A stretch of 64,000 nucleotides of DNA from Amoebidium appalachense (taxonomy: Eukaryota > Protista > Ichthyosporea), in assembly GCA_963693365.1 (NCBI GenBank), contig CAVNZM010000007.1, positions 603,479 to 667,478 of the forward strand. Reading direction: 5' to 3'. Within the stretch, counting starts at the first letter, position 1; each line of letters opens with the position of its first letter. The notes below the pieces were generated by a model. It searched no databases, was not told where the DNA came from, and was given only the letters and a program-made list of their open reading frames with translations. The translations under genes and the position numbers were made by a program. Positions 1 to 14,269 of this stretch are shown piece by piece.

Positions 1-1022
1 GAGTCAACCAGTATGTATATACTACCTCTCATAGGCATTAACCAACATCTACATATAGTACTCACAGACATTTTACAGTCACTGCGTCATACAATCAGCT
101 ATATATCTCCCATTGGCAGAATACAACACGCAAATATATCTCACTAACTTTTCAAACACCATCTTTATATCCATTTCTTGTTTCTCATTATTTCATGGTT
201 TTGTTTGTTTTCATTTTATCATTTTACAACTTAGATATATCCCCCCCCCCCCCCCCCCTCCCCCCCCCCCCCCCCCCCCCCCCCCCCATTTTTTTTTTTT
301 TATTTTTTTTTTGCGCAGTATACTAGTATATACTCGTGTATCACTTTTCAGTTTATAGCACACTTATATCCCACACTTTTTGTTTTTACAACACGTATAA
401 ATTTCCCTTCCTTTTTTCTTTTTTTTGGTTTGTTCTTGCATTGTACAACACGTTTATGTCAACTTCGTGATTTTTTTTTTTTGCATTCTACACACGTAAC
501 ACACGCACGCACACACGCACGAACACACACACACACTATCTCTCCCCCTTGCCCATCACCCGTGCCACTCCCTGGCATTCTGATACCTCTCATCATAGAA
601 CCTCTGTCGCACAAAACAGTTCCAAGGAGAGAAGATAATCCGCATGATCCCAGTTTCAGCCATGTGATCAAACCAGATGACCCTTCTCCCCCCCTTCCCT
701 AACCTCATTACTTTTGTGTTAAGTTCAATCGTTCTTTCTTTCTTGGCCCCCTCTTCCCTTACCGTAGCACGTGTAACGGGATACCGCACTCGCACAGGGA
801 CAGATGATTGGATGTTAAGTCTTACATGGTTTTAAATATAGATATATTACGACTGTTCTGCAGCATAATAGCGATGCAAATACTATCACTTGCGTGTTTT
901 CTTCAACTGCCCTTTGGCCTCCCTTTCCCTCTCCGTTCTTGATAACAATCACATCTCCCCACAAAGTGACCCCCCCTACCCCTACATAGTGCAGACATAT
1001 CTGCCCCGCACGTGCGCCCGCA

Positions 1023-1067
<45 letters not shown>

Positions 1068-2254
1068 CCCAGTATCTCCCCCCCCCCCCCCCCCCCCCCC
1101 ATCATGCAGATTGCTCATTCCTCCTCCCATACCCCCGCAGGCTCTCAGTTCGGACCCACGACGCTTCACTCGGCAGCAACCAATAGCTGACGGCCAAAAC
1201 AGCAACCAGGCGGCAAAGGAAAGGGAGGGGAGTGAGGGCATGCACGTGCAGGCACACGGCAACACGGCGGCTTTGGTGGGAGAGGGGTCAGTGTTGGTGG
1301 TGGGCCGAGTGGCAGAAGGAATCGAGATCTTTACATGAATGGAATGGAGGAATATCACGTGTTGAGAGCCAGCGACACTGCATGAGCATTGGAGGAATAT
1401 CACGTGTTGAGAACCAACGACACTGCATGAGCATTGGAGGAATGTGACGTGTTGAGAATCAGCGACACTGCATGAGCATTGGAGGAATATCACGTGTTGA
1501 GAACCAACGACACTGGATGAGCATTGGAGGAATATCACGTGTTGAAAGCCAGCGACACTGTGTGGTCATTGGAGGAATATCACGTGTTGAGAATCAGCGA
1601 CACTGCATGAGCATTCGAGGAACAACCACCGCTTCTCCCATGGGCGGCGAGTCACATTGATATCGTCATTCTGTGCACAGTTCTCATGCTGCCGTTTGGC
1701 GCCCAGCCTGAAAAAGGCGCAAAAACCGGATGTCGATATCATCGACCTCGGCATTTTGACGTCATTTCATTACGTCTCCCGATTGGTGATAGTTATCTGA
1801 AAAATGCAGCTCTCGGCTGTGGGCTGCCCAGCAGCTAAAATGCGAGGGGCTGAGCCCTTGAAGCAACGCGTGGTGGCGGCCAGTCAACGGCAGCACCACC
1901 CAGTGACGTCACAGCCAATGCTTTTCGGGGATCACATTGGCTTCATTTTTCAACTATGGGGCCACAGAGTCATGACCCATGCCCAAAATAGCCACCAGAA
2001 AGACACCATGATCAATTTTTGACCTTGGCCCTCTGGGACTCTCTGGTGGTTTGATCAGATGGCTGAAACTGGGATCATGCGGACTGTCTTCTCTGCTTGG
2101 AACTGGTTTCATGCGACGAAGGGTTTATCATGTGGGGTATCAGAATGGTGGAGGGTGGAAAATGCCCGGGAGCGACATCGGGGATGGCAATGAGAGAGAC
2201 AGAGATTGTTTACAATGCAGAAACAAAAAAGGGATTTCTTTGTGTTTGTTTCTT

Positions 2255-2285
<31 letters not shown>

Positions 2286-2722
2286 GGGGGGATGATGTGT
2301 GGTGCAAAATAAACAATGTGTGTGTGTGTGTGTGTAATTGTGTAATATATAAAGCAACAAAATAAAAGAAAGGAAATACAAAAAAAGAAAAGGGAAAAAG
2401 AAAGCAAAGAAAAGAGAGAGAGAGAGAAATGTTTATGTTCTTGTTGTAAAATGAAAACCGAAAAAAAGACCGACATACATGCGTGTTGTATAATACCAAG
2501 AGTAAAAAGGAATAAAAATGGATATCTATATAGGTGATGTTTTATTATGGCGATAGGAGATATAAACGGTTTGTATTATAACGCCAACGAGAGAGATATA
2601 CCGTAACGTGTTGTTTAATGCCACTGATTTTATAATGCAGTGACTGTGTAATGCCATTTGTGTAGCACAAGTTGTATAATGCCTATGAGAGGTACTATAG
2701 ATACATATTTACTGGTTGACTC
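1..2722. mobile_element. Foldback/long-TIR element with ~700-bp imperfect inverted arms (left end probably runs off the window)
   Basis: GAGTCAACCAGTA (1-13) is the reverse complement of 2710-2722. TACCTCTCATAGGCATTA (23-40) pairs with 2677-2694. Segment ~570-680 pairs with ~2047-2150, and both give 'WLKLGSCGLSSLLGT' ORFs on opposite strands. No transposase seen and TSD not assessable. Confidence 0.6.
1346..1620. repeat. 45-bp minisatellite, ~6 copies
   Basis: Unit GGAGGAATATCACGTGTTGAGAGCCAGCGACACTGCATGAGCATT starting at 1346, 1391, 1436, 1481, 1526 and 1571. Confidence 0.95.
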
Positions 2723-2809
2723 CAGCGTAGGTCTCTAACGTAAAGCCATGTGATGTAATGTACCTTCTATCAGATCTTCCGAGCAAACCAATAAAACCGT
2801 GCTATCTAT

Positions 2810-2844
<35 letters not shown>

Positions 2845-3229
2845 GGGCATCATTTCTGTCAAGCTCTATGGGGTGGCTACGCACGTATACGTATCCAACC
2901 CATAGCGTCCACAGCCGCAGTTCGAGTTTGAAAAAAAAAATGTGCCCTAGCTTATGATGTATGCCGTGGTCGCAAGCCATAACAGCCGTAAACTGGAGCT
3001 GCGAGTTTTGGGGAAATGCCAGTCAAACTTTGAGTTGTGCACATTCAGTGCCCCCGGCGCGGACCCCTCCTTCCCCGCCAAAAAAAAAAATGGCTATTCC
3101 TGCATGGTTTGTAGCTAGCTAAGCCCTCCTATATGCATGCACGCTTAACGTGTGTGCGGGTGTGTACACGTGTATGTGTGTGCGGCTGTGTGTATGGCTG
3201 TGTGTATGTGTGTGTGTATGTGTGTGTGT

Positions 3230-3284
<55 letters not shown>

Positions 3285-3371
3285 CAGTGTGTGTTTGTGT
3301 GTGTACATGTGATGTCACGGTCGGCGCCGAGCACGGCGCCGGTGGGGGCGGGGGGCGGGCGGGCGGGTGGG

Positions 3372-3436
<65 letters not shown>

Positions 3437-3908
3437 TTCGGATCCGCATGGATGTTGTGCCCTCAAACCCACCCACCAATCACGTCTCTGATTTAATATT
3501 ATCGATGTGTACCACAGACAGGCAGATCTAGACGTGCACACACAATCATCTGATCATAGAGTCGATCACAGATCTACCAGACACTGTTAGAAATAGCTAT
3601 GTAACTTCTGAGTTAGCTCTAAGGCCTACATTTTTTGAGAATGGCAGACGATTCGGAGAGCGGCTGATCACGTAACTCCCGAGCTCCCACCCTTGAAAAA
3701 TAGCAAGGGTCGATTTATCGCATGTAGGCTAGAGGGCACAGTCAGGAAGTGCCAGCTGGCCACACGCCACCTACTCCCACGCACGTGCACACATGTTATG
3801 CATGCAATTGCACAACTTCAACGGGCCTGCAGAGGGTGTTGAATGTGGATGCACACACAATCAGCAGGCAACATACACACGCAGGCCTACACACACATGT
3901 GTACACGT

Positions 3909-3943
<35 letters not shown>

Positions 3944-4782
3944 GCACACACAAAAGATCTCTCTTAACCCCACACGGGGTCACTTCTTTTGCGCCTGTAC
4001 TAAAGGCCACAGGGATACAACCACGAGGAAATCCAGTCTCCCAGATTTATGTATGTACACCTACTACTCTACTTACTACATGGGTTGCCTAAAGCCATAA
4101 TTTGCATCCCGAAATTTACAACACGTACTGCACATCCGTATAGTGATAATGATGGAAACATAACTAGCGACAAGCTTACCGTAGTAGAGTTTTTTACAAC
4201 AGCGTATAATCATGTTGCCAAATATGGTTGCTGCATTAGATATCACAAAAAAAACATCTCTTATGACTGATTTCCTTTTTGTTATGGCAAAAACAAAAAT
4301 GCAGCGAACAATTTTAGAAATATAGACAGGTGAGAAGGGAGAAAATGAAAAAGACAGAAAGAAAAGAAGAAAGAAATGAAGGAATAGAAAAGGAAAAGAA
4401 AAACGAAAAAAAAAAACACGCGTGATCCTGTGATGCTCATATATTTCCTCATAGACCCCATTACTCCCTGACTTGATCCGTTATACCCGTTTATTTTTAC
4501 CGGAAACCCATATTTCCGTTATCTAACCCTCTACCTTAGTGGGTGGAAGTACCGTTGGCCCCAAACTGGTGCCACTGGATAACACCCCATAAGTATATCT
4601 CGATTGACAAAAATTGTCAATAAAATTGAGTTCGGTGCAAAGCTATCTTAATAATGATCCACCATAACTAAAATACACACACCCCTCTCAAATATCTTCC
4701 CACACCCAACTCTCTCCCCCCTACGCCATCTCCAGTTCACACCTAAATAACTAAAACATCGGTCAACACCTTCCCCCAATTT

Positions 4783-5186
4783 TCAAGCGGGGGGTTTAAA
4801 CATCACGTATCCATTCATGTCCGAATTGTCGGGGCCCACGACGGGGTCCGAGAGCGAAATTGCAACCTGGTCGGAAATATGGTGGCGTGCATAGTAGTTG
4901 AGTAGGTCGATCAGGCTGGCAAAGCGCACCTGGTTGAGGCTGAACATGCCGGACTCATCTTGGAACACGGGCATGTGCAGCAGGCGGTTCATGTACCTGT
5001 GATTACGGCAACCGTGTTAGTGACCGAGAAAATTATGGAATTTTGAGGGGGTTCAAGGTGATTCAATAACACAGGGTTCTAACTTTTTTTTTTTTAGGTG
5101 TCCTTTTCCAGGGTAGGTGAGGGTGTCCGGATGTCTGGTTCTGCTGTTTTGCATGTGTGAGTGTGTGTGCGCGCACACGAGAGAGA

Positions 5187-5220
<34 letters not shown>

Positions 5221-7422
5221 GAAGCACGCGGGGGCTTTATCACATACATACACACACATCACACCGTGCATATCCCCCCCCCCCCCCCCCCCCCCCCCCC
5301 CACCACCACCACCACCCCCAAAAAAAAAAAAAAAGTAAAATAATAAATAAATAATAAATAATAAAACGAATAAATAAAGCAAAACACTCACTTGAGGGTG
5401 ATGATATACAGCCCCTTCTCTTCGTTGTACCGCAACAGCCACTGCCCGTTCCTGTGCGAGTCAAACACAAACTCCAGCAGCTGTCGCCTCTGCTGTCTGT
5501 GCTGCGCGGGCACATCGTGGAAAAACGAACAAGTCTCGATCGTTGCACCGTCCATTCTGAACCGTGGGGCCACCAAGCCCTCCAGCTGGCCGATAATACC
5601 ATAGCCACTGTCGGTCTCGATGGAGCTGCCATGGTCCTGTTATAAAAAAGGAGGAAGATGAGTGTGAGTGGGTCGCATGCGTTGGAAATTACATGGACTG
5701 CAGAGGGTGTGCTATCTAATGCATGTGCTATCAAAAAAAGAAAAGAAAGAAAAACATGTGCTTGTTTCATAACTATTTCCTCCCCTTTTCCATCCTCTCT
5801 CGAATTCAGATGGTCAAATCGTTCCTTTCTTCACGCTCACGTCTTGAGGTAGCTTTCTTTACATTCGATGTTTCAATTGTTTCCCTCTTCCCTTTCCTTC
5901 TTCCCACATCCCATTTCGTTCGTTTTAACCTTTTCTTCTTTTTGTGCGAATAATACTGGTTTGGTTTCGAAGCATGGTGGGGGCATATTACCTCGCTCTC
6001 ATCACTAGCCAAGCTCTGAAACCGCGCAATACGTCCAGCCTGGCCCATAGTGTTATCCTGCGACATACTCCGCACCCTTTGCTGCATTGGGCGCATGGTC
6101 GGAATGGCGGGCAGTGAATGGCTCTGTTGGACCTGCATCACCCAATTGTGGTTGTGGTTAACGTGCAGCGCTTCCCCATCCTCACACACGGGTTCGGGGG
6201 CTTGTGGTGGCGGCGGTGGTGGTGTGCGTGCTGGTGGTTGTGATTGTGTGCGTGCGGCATTGTCCTTCGTTTGTTGTAGATCGTTGTAGCTTGGGGGTGG
6301 AGGAGAATGCTTGGGATAGGCGGAGGTGACCGGGGTAGTGGAAAGAGGGCGGGCGGCTGGTTTGGTGGTGGTGCTGTTTGTCGTTGGCTTCTCCTTTTCG
6401 GATCGTTTACCATTGACCAGGTCAGTGATGTCTGACTGCTCGGCAAAGCACATGCTCACCGGCCCAACGTGAACTCGCAGTTTCGCCATATCTCGTGACG
6501 GAAACAACGTCTTTTTCCGTTTCACCTCAAACAATATTCTCTCGGCCGCCGGCTGTGCGTTCAACTCCTTAGCCAACCCATCTAGTGCCGCCAGAAGTGT
6601 GTCCCTCGGCAGTTTGTACTGTAGGACGGCGTTTATTCTCTCCGTTGCCCTTTTCACGTGCATGCACTCATCTACACTCAATTGCTCAGAAACAAGCGTC
6701 GACTTGTACACATCTACCACCCGCCCGTGTGGCTCACTCTTAGCCAAATCGAACGAGAGAAGTTTGTGGGTTGTCGTTTGCTCCTCCGAAAATTCTTTCC
6801 CCAAACGCTCCGCTCCACCTGTCATCGTTCCTTTCCGCCCGATTTTTTTCGGCCACGAGCTGTTTTTGTTGTTGGGTAATGGTACTGAGCTGTGATGTGC
6901 AACTCTGCGAGCAGTGGGATTTGCTGTCGCTGGCACCGATGTGTCTTCACCAACAGGAGTGGAGCCCTTTGGAGAAAGTGCCCTATCTGCCTGATTGTGT
7001 CTGTGCGTGTTGTTTACGGGCTGTACTTGCTTCTGTGGTGGCGGTGTGCTTGTGTCTGGGGTGTCCACATTCACATACAAGGTATGGGGTCCGTTTGTGT
7101 CTTCAGGAATCTGGGGCCGCATGACGTGTGGTTCGGTACTATCAAGCTCCGGTCGCACGGCACAAACGTTTTGTACCCATCTGTCTGTATACGCCTGACG
7201 TGCCCACTCGTTTTGTTCGTGCATCCTCTCCCTGTACTCACTACCATTACTTGGTCTGCGGTTACGCAAAGCACTTCTCCATTGCTCTACGTTTAGCTCT
7301 AGGGGCCGTGTGGAATCGAGGTCACCTAGGCCACTCAGTGTGTTCGCTAGAGCTGGTTTGGGGAGCCCCATGACGGTATTGGGTGGCATGGTTAGTACTG
7401 CGGTTTGCTCTCTATAATACAT
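4783..7422 (-). CDS. SH2-domain adaptor-like protein, 3 exons (7422-5992, 5636-5392, 4996-4783)
   Basis: Phase-consistent GT-AG junctions (ESE|DHG; TLK|YM). C-terminal FFHD...GQWLLRYNEEKGLYIITLKYMNRLLHMPV...FASLIDLLNYY fits the SH2 consensus. Long Pro/Thr-rich N-terminus. Confidence 0.8.
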
Positions 7423-8944
7423 GCTGTGCTTCGTTCACCAACTGCGAAAAAAAAGTCACAAGAAAACATAACGTTTGTGTGCCGAACGTTCAACAAAGTA
7501 AAACTGTTTTCGCTCTCGGCCGGAGAAGTAGATATAGACGGAGAAGTATTGTCTGTGTATAGCTGTATGACTATTGAATGGCGTCATTTGCGGATAGGGC
7601 GGACATTCACTATGTGTCACATTCCTTGGAATTGAATACGATTGGCTAAAAATTACCTCTACATTCCTCAGATCGATATATCCGCGAAGCCTCACTCACT
7701 GGCAGTGAATCATGATTATGGAATGAGTGAATAACACGGGACCTTCCATTTCGACTCCAATATGATGGGTAAAACACTAGAAACTAATGAAAAGAACTCA
7801 TCACAAGCATTTTTTACATTTGAAACCGTTGGTATATTACAGGAAACAAGAAGTTCTTAGGCAAGCTTATCCAGTGCTTTTGTGGCAATAGAGCCTGTAA
7901 GACTCAGTGTGAGTATTGCTTTTTATTGGTTAAAAGTCACCTTTTTTCTTTGGGCAAGAGGCTTTATTGGTCAAATGAATGAAGCCATCTGGATTCCTAG
8001 TTTTATCGCAAATTCCATTTGCCTCACAAAAAGGAAGCTCAAAATGTTCCTGTAATCATAATAAGCTTCTCCTTGACATTATTTTAATAATGTCTTTCAC
8101 ATATGTAAATGCACCTTTGCTTTTATGACCTCCATGATCTATTTCTCAATCTTTGTCAACACCCACATGCAGTGAGTGGAATCAGGCTGCCACTTGTCGA
8201 TTGGCCGGGGGGATAAATCTGGGTTTTATTCGGATTGCCAGAGCCGAAACAGGAATTTCCAATTCGGTACAGGGTGTGATATTCATGCTCAGGTCCGGAC
8301 TCCAGATGACTGCCCAGCCTCGTGATCAGGGCCGGTTTCTGATTGATATAAATGTTGTCTCCAGCCTTCGTCAAAATAATTGGCCACGAACCTCTTCAGT
8401 TATTAGTTTTATCTTTAAAGTCGTAATTTCAGCTTCCTGTTTACTATATATATACTTCTTATCCAAACTCTCATTTGCTTCATCGGAATGTTTTCGCACC
8501 GACCACATGCACTCGGCATGGCCAGGAATTTATAACCCTAACGGGCTGCAGTCACTGCTGCTCTCACTGCGGCCTCTTTGTTTAAAGGTTTTTTTTTCTT
8601 TGGGTAAAAAAAAGGAAGAAAGGAAGGAAGAGAAGAAAATAAGAAGAAGAGGAGGAAGAAGAAAAAACCTTGCGGGGGCATTATTGCGGCTCCAACATGA
8701 TAATTTGAACTGCTGGTTCGCAATTGCAAGTTCACGTACACGTCGTCACCATGATCACGGTGTGGAGGTCGCTGGTCTTTACATGCATCATACGGTACTT
8801 GTATCATCATCATGGCATGACATGCATGCTGTCGTGTTTTGTTGCGCATCTGCAGGAAGCAAGTCACGGACATGCACATGTCCTAGTAATATATTGGCCC
8901 GGTGAATACTAGTACGATGGGGAGAACACAAGAATAATAAATCT

Positions 8945-8955
8945 CCCTCCCTCCC

Positions 8956-9036
<81 letters not shown>

Positions 9037-9045
9037 GATAGTAGA

Positions 9046-9083
<38 letters not shown>

Positions 9084-9222
9084 CCCCTCTCCCCCTCCCC
9101 CCCCCCCCTCTCTCTCTCTCCCCCTCCCCCCCCCCCTCTCTCTCTGAGACACACACACTCTCTCTCAGAGAGAGACTCAGAGACTGTCTCTCTCTCTCTC
9201 TATCTCTCTCTCATCTCTCTCT

Positions 9223-9261
<39 letters not shown>

Positions 9262-9264
9262 TCC

Positions 9265-9306
<42 letters not shown>

Positions 9307-9480
9307 ACTCTATCTCTCTCGACTCTATCTCTGAGTCTCTCTCTCTCTCTCTCTCTTCCTCTCTCTCTCTCTCCCCCTTCTCGCTCCCTCTCCCTCTCCC
9401 CCCCCCCCCCTCTCTCTCCCCCCCTCCCCCCCCGGGTCTCTCTCTTTCTCTCTTCGCCGTCTCTCTCTCTCTTTCTTTGT
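8945..9480. repeat. (CT)n/poly-C microsatellite block
   Basis: Seen directly in the sequence. Confidence 0.95.
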
Positions 9481-9904
9481 GTGCGTGCATGTCACAGTGA
9501 GTGTGTGTGTCTGTATCCCTCTCTCCCTCTCTATCACTCGCTCCGAGTTCCCCCTCCCCCCGCTCCCCCCCCCCTTCCCCCCCCCCCCCCCCCCCCCCCT
9601 CCCTCCCTTCCCCGTTATTCTCTCTGACTGAACAATTCCATTTCCTCGCTCTTAATGCCCCCCCCTCCCCCCTCCCCCCCCCCCCCCCCATGTCACACTC
9701 CCCCTCTCTAGCTTCTCGTAGGCCCCTCTAGCTTCTCGTAACCGATCCTCAGCTTCTTCTGAAGGTAGATGTATATTCAATGGAATTTACTGGCAGCTAT
9801 TTGCAGCCCGACACCAACAAAATCCTTCATGTGTCATCCTTCAGTAATGCATGGCCATTGGCTTTTTGGGTTGATAGGGCCCGGGTGTTGAAGCTACTTT
9901 GTAC

Positions 9905-9936
<32 letters not shown>

Positions 9937-10268
9937 AAAAGAAAAGAAAAGAAAAAGAAAAAAAAGACACCCACCCACCCACCCTTGTCAATCTTCAAGA
10001 TTGGCAGCCAGTCCCCCCCACCCACCCATCCACCCACCCACCCACACACACACCCAAAAAAAAAAAACAGTGCCTCCGGATTTCCCCTCATGGCAACGCG
10101 CAAACTAAACATGTTCCGAACTTGGAAAACGCTCGATTGTTTTGCACGTGCCTGTGCATGGTGTGTGTGTGCATGTGTACACATGTGATGATGTGCGTCA
10201 CTAACTCGTGGTGTGGCTTCTAGCATGTGAAGCCGCAGTCTGAGATCCGTAGGTTTTGCGCCGTTTGT

Positions 10269-10308
<40 letters not shown>

Positions 10309-11039
10309 CGCGCGTGCGCGTGTGCGTGCGTGCGTATGTGTGTGTGTGTGCGTGCGCGCGCGAACGCGCATTTTAACCGCCTTCCCCCCCCCCCCCCACC
10401 CCCCACCCCCCTTCCCGCTCCCCCCCCCCCCCCCCCCCCCTCGGCCTCCCCCGAGGTCTTGAGCTTGACCGAGTGTGTTTAGTGTGCTTCTGGTACATCC
10501 ATATGCTGAGCCTAATAAAGTATGTACATGTACGTGTGTATTTGTATGTGCGGATGTGTTTGCAGTGCGTGTGCGCATACGCTTGCATGTCACAGTGTGT
10601 TGCTGAGAACAGGCCGGTGCATGCAGGCATAGGCTCCAGTGTCCGTTAGAAGAGTTCGTTGGGGAAATACGGGAAGGAAGACTTTCACTAAAGCCTGGAG
10701 CAGAGGTGTGTATACTGGCAGGTGTGTTTGCAGTGCTCGCCTTGTGCCTTCAGATGAATGTTGGCTCAGAAGGCCTGCATGCGACTCGTAGTGCAGCAAG
10801 AAAGGGCCACTAGATCTCTTGTGTATGCCCACCATGTGTGTATGTGTGGTGTGGGTGCCGGAAATCGCATCCACATACAGTACATGCATGTGTTCCTGTG
10901 GTGTGTGCACGCTTCATGCAACGCTGTCTGATAGTGTAGATGTTGTGTATTTGTGAGCATGCACTGCACACCATTTGTGAGTGGTGTTGCCGATATGCCA
11001 TGCTAACATGGCCAATCACATCGGTGGAGTCAACTTCGG

Positions 11040-11325
11040 CGGAGCAGAATGGTTCTGCAAAATGCAGGATTATTCTGCAAAAGCCGGAGTATTCTGCTAT
11101 AAGAAGAATTATTCTGCTACAAGCAGGGTTATTCTGCTTAAAGCAGTACTCTGCTAAACGCAGGATTATTCTGCTCAAAACAGGATTAGGAATTATCCTG
11201 CAAAAACTAGAAATATTCTGCTGAAGCAGAATTAATTCTCTAAGCCTATTATTATTCTGATTTCAGAGAATCATGTGCTCGTGCAGAATTATTCCGCAAA
11301 AAGCAGATTAATATTTTCTGCTCAC
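11040..11325. repeat. Degenerate tandem array of short palindromic GCAG(A/G)ATTATTCTGC-like units
   Basis: About a dozen copies of (GC)AG..T(T)ATTCTGC at ~21-22-bp spacing, separated by short A-rich linkers. Confidence 0.75.
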
Positions 11326-11442
11326 GGCAACCCAATGAACTTCCTCCAAGAAGATTAAAAGTTTATACTTCTGCTTCGTGCAGAACAATACTACAAGTTG
11401 AAGAATAATCTTTTTTTAGCAGAACAAATCTGCTATTAAGGG

Positions 11443-11531
<89 letters not shown>

Positions 11532-12740
11532 TCAGTGATGCCTATATATGTGCACGGTGGCCCCCCATATGCATGATTGTACATGTGTGTTTGTGTCTGT
11601 GCATCAAAAACGGAAGGAGCTTGGTTGCCACATGTGTGCGAGTAAGTGTGTGTGCACATTAGTGTGTCTGTGTGCACATGCATGTAAATGTGTATGCGCG
11701 TGCATAGCCACTCACTGATTGGCTATCCTTGTCTTCCCTATCCATTGCCTGTGCACATGTACAACATTTTGAGATCGATATCTAAACATAACAACCATAG
11801 ATGTATTTTGTATCTGTGCACACAGTGCCGCAATGTTGCAACAATGTCTACTATGAGTTCTGCAATCACATGTCCCTCCCTTCAAATTCGAATGCCAGAT
11901 TACTTGCATCCACTTCATGTGTTTTCGTGTGTGTACGTATAATACTGCTCATCTTCAATTGGATGGTTTCAAAATTGAAAAACCTTTGGTAAGATGATGA
12001 GACGAACGTTTTAAGTCTGTAAAACGATCACCCTTATGACAGCTCAACCATACAACTTTACACATCTTCTCAAAACATTTTTGCTGGCAATAACGGTCCA
12101 GAAATCTTGGTTATATACTACCACATAAAAAAAAGGTTCACAACACCCACTAAAAGGTCAATAATCCTCTTTTTCTAACAGAGTTTGACAATAAACACTT
12201 TCAAAGAGCCCTGGTCTATGTGCACATCTTCGAGAAACACCAAATCTTAGTACCGAATTTTGTAAACTATCACCACGAGTTGGAAAAACCCTTGACTTAG
12301 CGACTAAGTCGACATTTCTTTAAAGCGCTTTAAGGGCATACACGCCCAAAAAAGGATATCACCATAAATGGGCAAAACCAATCCTTGCACTTGTGGGCAC
12401 ATGTGATTGCTGGAATTGGAATTAATCACATTCATGTCAACATAAGGTTTGATAATCATCACGCTTGAGTCACGCATAGAAAAGAGGCCGACATATGTCT
12501 TCCACCAGAATACACAAATCAAGATTTTGCCTGTGGAACCCCCACCCCAATTCATCTGTGAATGCAAATTGAATTTCACCTGAATCACAACACAAGCTGT
12601 TCCATTTATCTTCAAAGCCAATCATCCGAATTTCAAAACACAAAGCTTGCTTACCCACACCACCCATTTATCTGTGTGATTGCACAATAATTCCATCTAA
12701 ACTACAACACACTCCACCCATTTATCACCTCTACACTCTT

Positions 12741-14060
12741 CTACCACGAACTCTGCCTTCTACCCCCCAACCGTGCCCTCAAATCATTCGCCGGCAAGTC
12801 CCTTTCACCAGGTGGGGCCAACGAATCCATCGACCTGCCCCCATCCCAACCCGGACCCGGCCCGAATCTCTCCGACCCGTCATCGTAAAAACCCGACCCA
12901 TGAGGTGGTGGTGCGCCGTGATGGAAAAAGTCATCAGGGTGACCCCTTGGCCCACGGCTGGGCCCGAAATACGAGTCTGAGCCCCCCCTATCATCCCAAA
13001 ATGGCGGGTGGTCCGGTTCACGTGGTGAGCCGCGTGGTGAACAGGCCGGTACGGGCCGGTGGTGGTGACCCGACCCGTTTGGATTGTAATCGACATCATC
13101 ACTGTCTATGCCTATGGGCCGGAACACAACACGGGCGCCCTCCCCCTCCTCCCTCTCGTGCCGGTCTATGTGTCTGTGTCTGTCTCCCTCCCTCGTGACT
13201 CTTCTTTCGTCATCTCTCCCCATCTGCCTGTCCGAATGGTATCGCTCCTTGGATAGATCGCGTGTTCTATGATCCGTTGATACTATCTCCCTTGTTCGCC
13301 CATCCACATCTTCTCTCTCCCTCCATGTGTCTTTTTCTCTATGCAATATGTCTCTTTCACTGCTACCACCCTTCTCCCGCCTACCCCATTCGTCTTTATC
13401 TCTACGATCACGCTCTGTTCTATCACTACGCCCCCTATCATCCCTATCTTTCACATCTCTCTCCCTCTCCCTCCTGTTTCTCTCCGTTTTTTCTCTTCTT
13501 GCATGCTCATCTCTCTCTCTCTCCCCGTGCCTGTGCCCATCCCTATCTCTCTCCCTCTCCTCTCTACCATCCCTCACCCTCCCCTCCTCCCTTTCTACAA
13601 CCACACTCTCTCTTCTGTGTGTATCCTCTCTCACCCCACCGCTATCTGTTCGCTTTACCCCTTGCCCTCTATCACCCGAACTCCCCCTATCCCCCTCTTT
13701 CTCTCTTCTCTCACCACCACCCACGGGTGTTCTTGGTCTTGGATCCCCCCCATCCTTTTCCGTCCTCACATCCTCAATTTTCAACCTCTTTTCCCCCTCC
13801 TTTCCCTCTCCCGTGCTTTCATTAGACCCTCCCAAAGCCCTCTTTTCCCCCCCTACCACTCTACCCGTATTCCCACTTGGTGTGGACGGTTTCCTTCTAG
13901 TCGTTTCTATTCTTCGTTTCATCTCAGCCAATGTCTGGGCCGTAGTATCACGTGATTTGCCTGCACGTGCAAACCGTGCCTGCATGCCCTCTGCCTGCAG
14001 TTGCATGCGCTCGAGTTCTTTGTCTTGCTGCCCTAGGTGCTCTTGTAGCTCTGTGCATGT

Positions 14061-14130
<70 letters not shown>

Positions 14131-14170
14131 ACGTGTGTACGTGTGTGAGAGAACGTGTGTGCACGTGTGT

Positions 14171-14269
<99 letters not shown>

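Noticed and set aside
8153-10812. Possible small plus-strand spliced gene, including an HUH-like HGHAHVLVIY exon at 8856-8901 and a coding-looking exon near 10626-10705
   Set aside because: Could not build a phase-consistent model without early stops; no family recognised
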